From positions 7,651-48,797 of the forward strand of contig DBQW01000039.1 in assembly GCA_002305395.1 (NCBI GenBank): 41,147 nucleotides of DNA, given 5' to 3'. The translations under genes were made by a program, and so were the position numbers. The notes below the pieces were generated by a model, which saw only the letters and a list, made by a program, of their open reading frames with translations, was not told the DNA's origin and searched no databases. Positions 1-7,582 of this stretch are shown here, piece by piece (the stretch's first letter is position 1; every line of letters begins with the position of its first letter). The DNA is from Candidatus Berkelbacteria bacterium UBA1384. Lineage in GTDB: Bacteria > Patescibacteriota > UBA1384.

Positions 1-1326
1 TTCTACTTTGGCTTTGTCGGTATCGGCACCGCCTGTTGCTGTGGTGGTAGATTTTTCTTTGCTCTCTTTATCGTCTCTGGGAGTGTCTTTGCCTTCTGTT
101 GTTGTTCCTGCACCTTGGCCACTTGCACTTTCTGCTCTTTCTGCGCCTGGGCCACTTCCTGCTCCGGCAACATCGGCACTCTGTGTACTCCCCTCGCCAG
201 CCCCTTCGGTGGGTTTATCTTTTTCCTCTGTGCCCCCGGGCTTTTCTTCCTCTTCGGCTTTAATAACTTCTACACCATCGGGGCAATTACCAGCGGTCTC
301 GCTTATAAGTTCGCTGTATTTCTCGCTACCAAGCGAAATGATGTGTTTTGTAAATTGGGCGAGGGTGCCATAGTAATACTTTTCTTTGTCGTCTCCTTTT
401 TCTTTGTAGGTGTAACACTTTTTCTCTTGTTCCGTGGTTGTTTGTGTAGTGGGTGTGTTTTTTTCAAAGGTTAGTGTGGCAAGAGTAGTTTGTGTGTCGC
501 AACGGGGCTTTAGATAGTCTGTTTCTAGGTAACGGTTTTCACCTTTGTCGTCGCCGATTGCCTTTGCCCACACCTTGTACTTGTATTCTTTGCCTGGGAC
601 TAGCATTTGCCCATTTGGTCTTATTTTGTATTGCTTAAAGAGCACTCCTTCTTTAGATGTGCCGTTGGCTAAAATAGTGCGATAAAACCAGCCATCTATT
701 TTTTTACCCTCTTTGTCGTACATTTCTACTACAATTTCTTGTGCTTTGCTAGAAGTTTGTACAACTATGGGCAAACTTAGGTAGGTGCAGATTGCCTCTC
801 TTGCTCCGTCCCACGAGCCCCCCCCTCCACCGCCACCACTGCTAGAGACGGTATAGGTACCCGCAGAAGAGGCACCACCGCTGGTTGCAACGCGAGCACC
901 GCCACCGCCGGAAGAACGACCAGAACCACCACTCTTGGAAGCACTCTGCCTCTCGGCAGCCTCTATTTTTTCTTTAAGTTCAGACTTACCGCGAAGTAAA
1001 TTAGCGTGAAAGACAGTTAATTTCTCAGACAAAGAAGAACCGGCCGGTCCATACCTTTCTAGCACCTCCCGTGAGTCTTTAAGTGCATCTTCGACTGCCC
1101 CCAATCGCCCCTTGTCTGTCAAGACCTTAGAGGAAAGACTAGAATTAAGACTACTAAAAATACCACCAATACTTATGTATCCATTTTCGCCTGTTACGCC
1201 AACCAAATGAGCGCGTGGGATGGCACCAAAAGCTCCCCTCGCCCGATCCAGCCAATCGCTCGCTCTTGCGTTATTCATGGGCAACAAAAATACAAGCAAG
1301 AATAATAAAATTAAATATTTCTTCAT
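1..1326 (-). CDS. secreted hypothetical protein; the window truncates its C-terminal part (partial)
   Basis: ATG at 1326-1324 is preceded by GAGGAA. The N-terminus MKKYLILLFLLVFLLPMNNARA looks like a signal peptide. I checked the frame by hand over many lines and found no stops down to position 1. There is a G/S-rich linker and a K/E-rich tail. The + strand ORFs 8..373 and 115..474 are low-complexity antisense artefacts. Confidence 0.75.
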   Translation of the reverse strand, partial: MKKYLILLFLLVFLLPMNNARASDWLDRARGAFGAIPRAHLVGVTGENGYISIGGIFSSLNSSLSSKVLTDKGRLGAVEDALKDSREVLERYGPAGSSLSEKLTVFHANLLRGKSELKEKIEAAERQSASKSGGSGRSSGGGGARVATSGGASSAGTYTVSSSGGGGGGGSWDGAREAICTYLSLPIVVQTSSKAQEIVVEMYDKEGKKIDGWFYRTILANGTSKEGVLFKQYKIRPNGQMLVPGKEYKYKVWAKAIGDDKGENRYLETDYLKPRCDTQTTLATLTFEKNTPTTQTTTEQEKKCYTYKEKGDDKEKYYYGTLAQFTKHIISLGSEKYSELISETAGNCPDGVEVIKAEEEEKPGGTEEKDKPTEGAGEGSTQSADVAGAGSGPGAERAESASGQGAGTTTEGKDTPRDDKESKEKSTTTATGGADTDKAKVE

Positions 1327-1356
1327 TGCGCTTTCCTCGCTTTTAATATTTTCTTT

Positions 1357-1365
1357 ATTATAGCA
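1357..1365 (-). promoter_or_regulatory. extended -10 promoter candidate (TGCTATAAT on the minus strand) for the secreted-protein gene
   Basis: The reverse complement reads TGC-TATAAT about 30 nt upstream of the ATG at 1326. There is no good -35. Confidence 0.4.
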
Positions 1366-1410
1366 AATATTTTTGCAAATGTTTTTTGCGGGGAGGAGGT
1401 AGAGGGGGTA

Positions 1411-2094
1411 GTTCTCGCTGCCACTCGAACAGTAATGTGTGCCACGGTCGTTGCCCTTATCGTTCGAGGTGTACCCACCGAGAACTACCTGCCGTTGGAA
1501 CTGCACCTTGCCCGGAGTTCTCGCTGCCGCTCGAACAGTAACAGGCGCCACGGTCATCATTTTTTTATCGTTCGAGAGAACGCGCGTAGTGCCATCTCGA
1601 GAACTACTAGACGCTGATACTGAAACTGGCGTTTTAGCTTGCCCCGCCTTTTTAGGCGGGGTTCTCGCTCCCGCTCGAACAGTAAAGGGGTAGCGGAGAG
1701 TTCTCACTGCGTTCGAACAGTAATGTGTGCCACGGTCGTCGTCCTTATCGTTCGAGGAGCGAAGCGACGAGAACTATCTATCGCTAGTATCAAGCCTCAC
1801 GTGGTAGTTCTCACTTCGTTCGAACAGTAAAGGGGTAGCGGAAAGTTCTCACTGCGTTCGAACAGTAATGGGTGCCACGGTCGTCGCCCTTATCGTTCGA
1901 GGTGTACCCACCGAGAACTACCTGCCGTTGGAACTGCACCTTGCCCGGAGTTCTCGCTTCCGCTCGAACAGTAACAAGATAACGTGATAGTTCTCGCTTC
2001 CGCTCGAACAGTAAAGAGATGACGGAGAGTTCTCGCTGCCGCTCGAACGGTAAAGGGGGTAACGCAATAGTTCTCGCTGCCGCTCGAACAGTAT
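1411..2094 (+). repeat. mosaic hairpin-repeat cluster C1 (10 F-type and 4 R-type units, 1 GC-hairpin H element)
   Basis: F units (GTTCTCGCTKCCGCTCGAACAGTAA and variants) lie at 1411, 1517, 1661, 1700, 1807, 1845, 1950, 1990, 2029 and 2070. Inverse R units (TTATCGTTCGAG..CGAGAAC) lie at 1457, 1565, 1745 and 1890. The cluster sits between divergently transcribed genes. Confidence 0.95.
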
Positions 2095-2102
2095 GGTAAA
2101 AT
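2094..2102 (+). promoter_or_regulatory. extended -10 promoter candidate (TGgTAAAAT) fused to the last repeat unit
   Basis: TG-G-TAAAAT lies 22 nt upstream of the TTG start at 2125. The AAGGAGG Shine-Dalgarno is at 2115-2121. Confidence 0.4.
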
Positions 2103-2124
2103 ACAAAGTGTACAAAGGAGGTTA

Positions 2125-4851
2125 TTGAGTCCAAACGCGAACCCGAGACGCAGAATTTTCGGTGTAGCCACCCTTGCTATAACCACTTTTTTGCTTGCCT
2201 TAATTTGCCTGTGGATAACTTTTTTTTCTGCCCCGCACACAGCAGTTGCACAATACAACCCAAACCAAGCAGTTATTAACCCCGAACTGACCTCCGTTGC
2301 CAAAGCCGCCGCGCGCGCCAGTGATTTTTTTCTAATTTCCTTTAACGACGCTGGGCAGGCTCTAGGAAACGCACAAATATCTCCTGTTATACGAGCACTT
2401 TGGAGAAAAGTTTTTGGCCTTACTCTTACGGTTTATGCAGTAATAGCCATAATTATTGGCTTTGGTTATATTTTACGCCTTAACTGGCTTAACAAGTGGC
2501 GTCGCTATGTCCCATGGCTTTTTGTTTCCGTAATTTTTGCCGCTCTAAGCTATGTAATTGCAATGGGTTCTATTAGTATTGTAAGCAAATTCATTGAGGG
2601 GGTTACGCATTCAGTAACAGGTGTAGGAATTGTAAATCTTAGCGGGCAATACACAGGGTTTGACAGCCTTAAATCTATGCCCAGTATCGATAGCGCAGAA
2701 AGTGTGCAAAACACCATCGCCCTGCTAAAACTACTAACATGGACAAGCTACACACTGGGCGCTGTCTTTTTTATCCGCAATTTTATACTGTGGATTATGA
2801 TAATTATTATCCCTCTTATTTTTCCCTTAATTGTCTTTCCTGTCACCCAAGCAGTCGGCAAATTGTGGCTTAAAGAATTTGTTCGTTGGCTTTTTTACGG
2901 AGCGTTAGTCGCCCTATTTCTTACAATTTCTAATATAATATTCGCACAAATTCAACACCTAATAGCATCACCACTTACTCCACAATCATATCCTCAAGAA
3001 ACAGAAATTAGCTTATTCCTGCCCGATGCAACAAGTAATAAAATATATGTCAATGACGATCGCACCTACTACCTTTATTTAGTAAGCATAATTATGCTCT
3101 GGATTTCTGTTGTGCTCCCCTTCTTTTTATTGCACTATGGCATTAAAGGTGTCGAACAAGTAGCGACGGAGTGGTACAACCAAGGCAAACTTAACCCCCG
3201 CTTACAAAGCATTATTGGGGCACTCCAGGCGCCAACAGGAAAAGGCACCAGAACCGTTGCCGGGTCACAAACGCCACAAGCATCTGCTACAAGCGAAGGA
3301 AAAAAAGCCTCTCCTTCGCCCTTAACCTCTTTGCGCTCTCTTATTACCGGTAGTGGCAAAGAAAAAATCATCGCCCCCACCGAAGCCCGTCCCCCCACTG
3401 GCATTGCCACCATGGAGCAAAAGGCACCCATTTCTTCCCTTGATCTTGGCATTGCCCCCATACCTAGCACTCCTCCCCCCGGTAGCACCCCTCTTGCCCC
3501 ACAGCGCCCCCTTAACCTACAACCCGCACTAATACCAGGGGTAAGCGTAGCACCCCTTGCCACAACGCCTACTCCCTCCGCAACACAAAAAACAACAGTT
3601 ATAAGCAATATTTTAAGGCAAACAGGCTTAAACGAGCTTAGCAGGGTAACAGAAGAAGTTGCGGAAAGCCGTGTGCAAAACAGTCGCCTACAACAAATCG
3701 CCCGCCTCGAAACACAGCCAGCACGCTTGGCGCAAGTTGTTGCCCAAGCAAATATGTTAAGTAATCCTGCACAAGCCCCTACCGAGGCACAACGCAGTGC
3801 TATTCTTGCAATGAAAAACAATATTTTGTCGCAGGGTTTAAGCAACCAAACTCAAGGCATTATTGCTCTTGCTCGTAAAGACACCGGCAGTATCGCCAGC
3901 CAAAACATTACCCGCGAGCTTACAGAACGCAACCTCCAAGCGGTAAAAGAAAAAACAGAAAAGATACTACAAACCAACCAAGTTACCAATTCTAATACCA
4001 CAAAAGAATTGGAGCAACTGGCGCAAAATATTAGCAAGTACCAAAACACTCCTCCTTATAAAGCAAGCGAAAAAAATGCTCTGGGTAAACAAATAGAACA
4101 AGCGATGCGTGGCTTTTCGCAGGGCAAAGAAGCACCCACGGCAACCGACCGCTCTACTGTGGGAGCGCTTCCCGCCCCCGTCTCTGCCAAAGTCAAGCAG
4201 GCAAGCGAACTTCCTGCCACCAAAGAGGGCGACGACCTCCTTGGTTCTATGAACGTCTTAAACACCACCGAGGTAGCAGAAGGCATGGGCGGTGGCAAGG
4301 TAGAAGACATTTTAACAGAAGACGAAAACATTGACACAATAGTTGCCGACCAAAACGATAAAAACGATTTCGAGAAAACCAAAGCCCACTGGATTGCTTT
4401 TTACCGTGATACCCCCGTTCCTGCAAGCGATAAAATTACCAGCCGAGAAGACTGGATAAAAGAACAAATCAAAGAGCAAGAGCCTTTACTTGCCGATATC
4501 ACGCAAGGCGATTACGAAAAGCGCGAAAAAGCACTAAACCGCCTGCAAAAAATACTGCCGTTCCTCTTGTTGGGCAACTACTCCTTACTCGACATTACGC
4601 TTTACCTTAAGGCAAAAATTGCCGCCGCCCACACTGTCCTCGATGAACTAAAGCATTCCCAAACCTCCCAAACCCAATCCTCACCAGAGAAAAACGCGCA
4701 AAATGCCCCTCCCCACTCGGGCATAACAAAAACTGTAGCGCCAGAACAAAACATGCAAAACACGCCCGCCCATCTCGATTACGAGAAAAACAAAACACAC
4801 ACACCGTCTGACACAGTGGATCTCCTTAGTATTAACAACAAAGCACAATAA
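2125..4851 (+). CDS. large polytopic membrane protein with a long hydrophilic tail (paralog of 27240..30356; possibly TrbL/VirB6-like)
   Basis: 908-aa ORF with a TTG start after AAGGAGG. It has an N-terminal anchor, a multi-TM block containing GYILRLNWLN (compare ANILRLNLNT in the 1038-aa protein), a P/T/S-rich linker and a Q/E/K-rich tail. The TrbL/VirB6 label comes from pattern recognition only. Confidence 0.6.
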   Translation: MSPNANPRRRIFGVATLAITTFLLALICLWITFFSAPHTAVAQYNPNQAVINPELTSVAKAAARASDFFLISFNDAGQALGNAQISPVIRALWRKVFGLTLTVYAVIAIIIGFGYILRLNWLNKWRRYVPWLFVSVIFAALSYVIAMGSISIVSKFIEGVTHSVTGVGIVNLSGQYTGFDSLKSMPSIDSAESVQNTIALLKLLTWTSYTLGAVFFIRNFILWIMIIIIPLIFPLIVFPVTQAVGKLWLKEFVRWLFYGALVALFLTISNIIFAQIQHLIASPLTPQSYPQETEISLFLPDATSNKIYVNDDRTYYLYLVSIIMLWISVVLPFFLLHYGIKGVEQVATEWYNQGKLNPRLQSIIGALQAPTGKGTRTVAGSQTPQASATSEGKKASPSPLTSLRSLITGSGKEKIIAPTEARPPTGIATMEQKAPISSLDLGIAPIPSTPPPGSTPLAPQRPLNLQPALIPGVSVAPLATTPTPSATQKTTVISNILRQTGLNELSRVTEEVAESRVQNSRLQQIARLETQPARLAQVVAQANMLSNPAQAPTEAQRSAILAMKNNILSQGLSNQTQGIIALARKDTGSIASQNITRELTERNLQAVKEKTEKILQTNQVTNSNTTKELEQLAQNISKYQNTPPYKASEKNALGKQIEQAMRGFSQGKEAPTATDRSTVGALPAPVSAKVKQASELPATKEGDDLLGSMNVLNTTEVAEGMGGGKVEDILTEDENIDTIVADQNDKNDFEKTKAHWIAFYRDTPVPASDKITSREDWIKEQIKEQEPLLADITQGDYEKREKALNRLQKILPFLLLGNYSLLDITLYLKAKIAAAHTVLDELKHSQTSQTQSSPEKNAQNAPPHSGITKTVAPEQNMQNTPAHLDYEKNKTHTPSDTVDLLSINNKAQ

Positions 4852-4852
4852 T

Positions 4853-6442
4853 ATGTTCCGCCTTAAATTAATACTGCTCTTGGGCCTAGTATTTGTTTTT
4901 ACTGGTTGTGGCAAAGAAGGCCACTTCCTTGGTCGAGACGATGTTTCTGCCGCCTCTGTTTTGGCTCCTCTCGATGGCATTCTTGCCAGCGTGGCTCAGG
5001 ACCCCAACATACTTTATGCTTCGCCCAACACCAAACAAACCATTGACATTGTTTTTAAGAAGGACGACAAGCCATTTGAGGGCTACAATAACAACTCTGT
5101 TGATATTTTAACAATGCAACAAACTCTTGCCAAACTAGCGCCAAGTAATACAAATCCTGTCTATCGCTATTTTCGTTACGCGGAAGGAGTAAGTATTCCT
5201 GCTTACAAACTCTTAGAGGGCACCAACATTACAATCGACAAAACCTACAAAGGGGAGAATAGCAAGCCCCTTAAAACCAATATTGCCCGCACCAACTCTC
5301 AAAACGACGATACTTCAAGCCCCACCGGTTTAATGCCCGTTTTTGGCCGGGTGTTAAACCCCAACTTAAAACGATGGTCTTCTAACCCCGAGCTTTTTAC
5401 CCTGCGCAAAGATTATTTAACGCCAAACGCCACCACCGAGGAAGAGAGCTGGGAGCAAAGAAAAAACTACTTAAGCTCTTATAGTTATAGCGAGCCTGAA
5501 AAATTGGTACTCGCGCCCACAGACAAAAATGAAAAGCGTCCGCCGGCATTAATTTTTGTTCTTTACAAACCCAGTAACTACTGGCAAACAGACAACCGCT
5601 CAAGCAGAGAACAAGAGAACGAGCTTTATTATTTCGATGTTTACTATAGCATCGACCAATGGAATATATTTGTAGACAAACAAAGTGGCACAGTAGAACA
5701 AGACAACCACCCCGACGGGCTACGCCTTCCTAATAAGTTTGGTATCTGCAGTTATAACGATACCTCTACGTCATCACAAGCTTCGATCGTTATACCCAAG
5801 ACGCCCCCTAGCTACCTACAAGACGCACCAGGCTGCCATCCTTCCCCTACGCTCCATAGAGAATGCAGTCTTTTTGCTGTTAACGGCCACTGTTGCTCGT
5901 CTTCTGGCGATTGCCCCCAAGAAACCCCTATTTCACCAAACCTCACCGTCGATGGCGATCTAAAATTCACTTTAATTACTATGCTTACAGACTCTAACTA
6001 CACAGCGCTTGCGCAACAAGATCAAGAGACGTATAAATACAGCCAGCCCGATGTTAACCTTTGGGTTAAATATGAGTTTATCGAAATGCTCCAAAATGGA
6101 GATGCTACCTTTAAGGTTATTAGCGATAAACTTAAACCCCTTAATGAAAAAAACAGATTTTCCCCTAAAAATAATCTCCAGGTTCCCCCTTGGCTTTATA
6201 GCAAAGATGCGGTTGAGCAAAATATGGTAGCATGCAAACCTGCCGAAGATCCTCAAAAATGCGTTCTAGATCATGCACGCTACAAGGTGCAATACACTCC
6301 CACCGAAACTTTTTACCACAACCGCGTCTTAATTGATAAAGAGACGAAAACTATATACGAACGCACCTCCGGAGCAAAAGAAGGCGCCCGTAAAGCCGGC
6401 GCAATACCAGATTGGTTTTGGTGCTGGTTTATGCCAGAGTGA
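4853..6442 (+). CDS. lipoprotein, hypothetical
   Basis: 529-aa ORF starting 1 nt after the upstream stop. MFRLKLILLLGLVFVFTGC has a lipobox-like FTGC. There is a Cys-rich patch (CHPSPTLHRECSLFAVNGHCCSSSGDC). Confidence 0.8.
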   Translation: MFRLKLILLLGLVFVFTGCGKEGHFLGRDDVSAASVLAPLDGILASVAQDPNILYASPNTKQTIDIVFKKDDKPFEGYNNNSVDILTMQQTLAKLAPSNTNPVYRYFRYAEGVSIPAYKLLEGTNITIDKTYKGENSKPLKTNIARTNSQNDDTSSPTGLMPVFGRVLNPNLKRWSSNPELFTLRKDYLTPNATTEEESWEQRKNYLSSYSYSEPEKLVLAPTDKNEKRPPALIFVLYKPSNYWQTDNRSSREQENELYYFDVYYSIDQWNIFVDKQSGTVEQDNHPDGLRLPNKFGICSYNDTSTSSQASIVIPKTPPSYLQDAPGCHPSPTLHRECSLFAVNGHCCSSSGDCPQETPISPNLTVDGDLKFTLITMLTDSNYTALAQQDQETYKYSQPDVNLWVKYEFIEMLQNGDATFKVISDKLKPLNEKNRFSPKNNLQVPPWLYSKDAVEQNMVACKPAEDPQKCVLDHARYKVQYTPTETFYHNRVLIDKETKTIYERTSGAKEGARKAGAIPDWFWCWFMPE

Positions 6443-6456
6443 TATAATAAAGTAGT

Positions 6457-7581
6457 ATGAACGATATAAAAATTAATGTGCGCCCCCGTATCCCCACCGC
6501 CACCTGGCGTGAACCGCTTAGTAGTATTATGCTTGATTCCCGCGCCCCTGCCACTAGCCCACGCGGGCGCTTAATAAAAAACCTCCTTCGCCACGCCGCC
6601 GCCACCGGCTCTTTTTCCACCATTCTTTCTCCTTTCGAGATGCAAACGTACGGTCGTGAAGCAAAAAGAGAGGGTATGGAGCCCGCCCTTTACCACGCCA
6701 CAGTCAAGGCAGCCAAAGAAAGACTAGCGCCAGTTTTTAACCGTCCCGGGACATGGCGCCTATTCCTGCGCCTCCCTCCGACAAACGAACATAGCGGGCG
6801 CCATATTTTTAATTTCTCTGCTCTCCCCGAAAGGGGTGATAACTGGTCTTTAGCTTTTACCCGCCCCCGCTCAGAGGTCAACAACCTCCACCAAGACACA
6901 GCGTTACCCCCAGAAACAAATAATTTACTCGATGGCATTTTCAAAAAAAGAAGAGGTCGCCTCGCAATTTTGGGCTCGTCGCCCGGGCGCGCCCACACTA
7001 CCCATTTAATTAAAAAATACCTCAATAGTAAAAACATCGGTTACCACAATTTTGTCGAACATCACCATCACGCCCTTCACCCCCACAACACATTAAGCGC
7101 TTCGTTGCGCGACGCTATTCCCCTGGTCGGCCTATATCCTGCCACTGTTTTCGACACACTTTCTCTTGCCGATAACCTTTTTCAGTTACGCCAAATCCCT
7201 GGAGTCTCCATTGCCAGCTTTTACGCTCCTAACAAGAACTATTTTGATAAACTAACCTCGCTCCAACTCCTCCCACCAAATTTTTTTGATGCCATTGTGG
7301 AGTCGTATCTTCTTCCTAAAACGTGCGATAAGTGTATGCCGTCTTATATTCCCGCGGTCCGCTTTGCCCCTATGCGCCGCATTGCCTCCTCCCGAGGTCA
7401 GCTACTACACGTGCACCCCCTAAAAATGGAAAACAAAGACTGTCCCCACGAAAAACAATTCCACCTCCTCCACAGCATTTACCGCCCCGGGGCAAAAAAA
7501 CCCAACCTTGAAAACCAGCTCTACGACCTCGCACTCGACCACGTTATTAGTGCCAACACTCTTGCCCGCTACACAGCATAG
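6457..7581 (+). CDS. hypothetical basic protein (R/P/H-rich), third gene of the operon
   Basis: 374-aa ORF, co-directional and closely spaced with the two upstream genes. I see no recognisable domain. Confidence 0.6.
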   Translation: MNDIKINVRPRIPTATWREPLSSIMLDSRAPATSPRGRLIKNLLRHAAATGSFSTILSPFEMQTYGREAKREGMEPALYHATVKAAKERLAPVFNRPGTWRLFLRLPPTNEHSGRHIFNFSALPERGDNWSLAFTRPRSEVNNLHQDTALPPETNNLLDGIFKKRRGRLAILGSSPGRAHTTHLIKKYLNSKNIGYHNFVEHHHHALHPHNTLSASLRDAIPLVGLYPATVFDTLSLADNLFQLRQIPGVSIASFYAPNKNYFDKLTSLQLLPPNFFDAIVESYLLPKTCDKCMPSYIPAVRFAPMRRIASSRGQLLHVHPLKMENKDCPHEKQFHLLHSIYRPGAKKPNLENQLYDLALDHVISANTLARYTA

Positions 7582-7582
7582 C

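Noticed and set aside
8-474. The + strand ORFs 8..373 and 115..474.
   Set aside because: They give low-complexity S/P/L/F-rich translations antisense to a long open minus-strand frame. That frame has a signal peptide and a sensible composition.
1411-2094. CRISPR array interpretation of the repeat clusters (a 25-nt repeat GTTCTCGCTTCCGCTCGAACAGTAA with intervening sequences).
   Set aside because: - Intervening segments are either too short (13-16 nt) or contain the inverse unit.
- The 31-33-nt linkers are mutually homologous and recur nearly identically in other clusters.
- Units occur in both orientations within one array.
- There are eight separate loci, and no cas genes in the window.
1411-2094. 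Integron attC sites, because of framed imperfect palindromes with GTT.../...AAC ends.
   Set aside because: - The frame GTTCTC/TCGAAC does not fit the GTTRRRY/RYYYAAC core.
- Units are only 20-45 nt.
- No cassettes (ORFs) lie between units.
- No intI gene is present.
1435-2303. The many 60-137-aa ORFs inside repeat clusters (for example 1890..2303, 17866..18192, 22371..22763, 33028..33441 and 40536..40974).
   Set aside because: Their translations are reiterations of the repeat unit in different frames (..FERKRELS.., ..TVRAEART.., ..YCSSGSEN.., ..LIVRGV..). They lack RBSs and overlap each other on both strands.
6457-7581. A degenerate GspE/PilB-type ATPase, suggested by ..ILGSSPGRAHTTHL.. (Walker-A-like) and ..KTCDKCMP.. 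(CxxC).
   Set aside because: The Walker lysine is absent and I can see no Walker B, Asp box or His box. The resemblance is too weak to call without a profile search.
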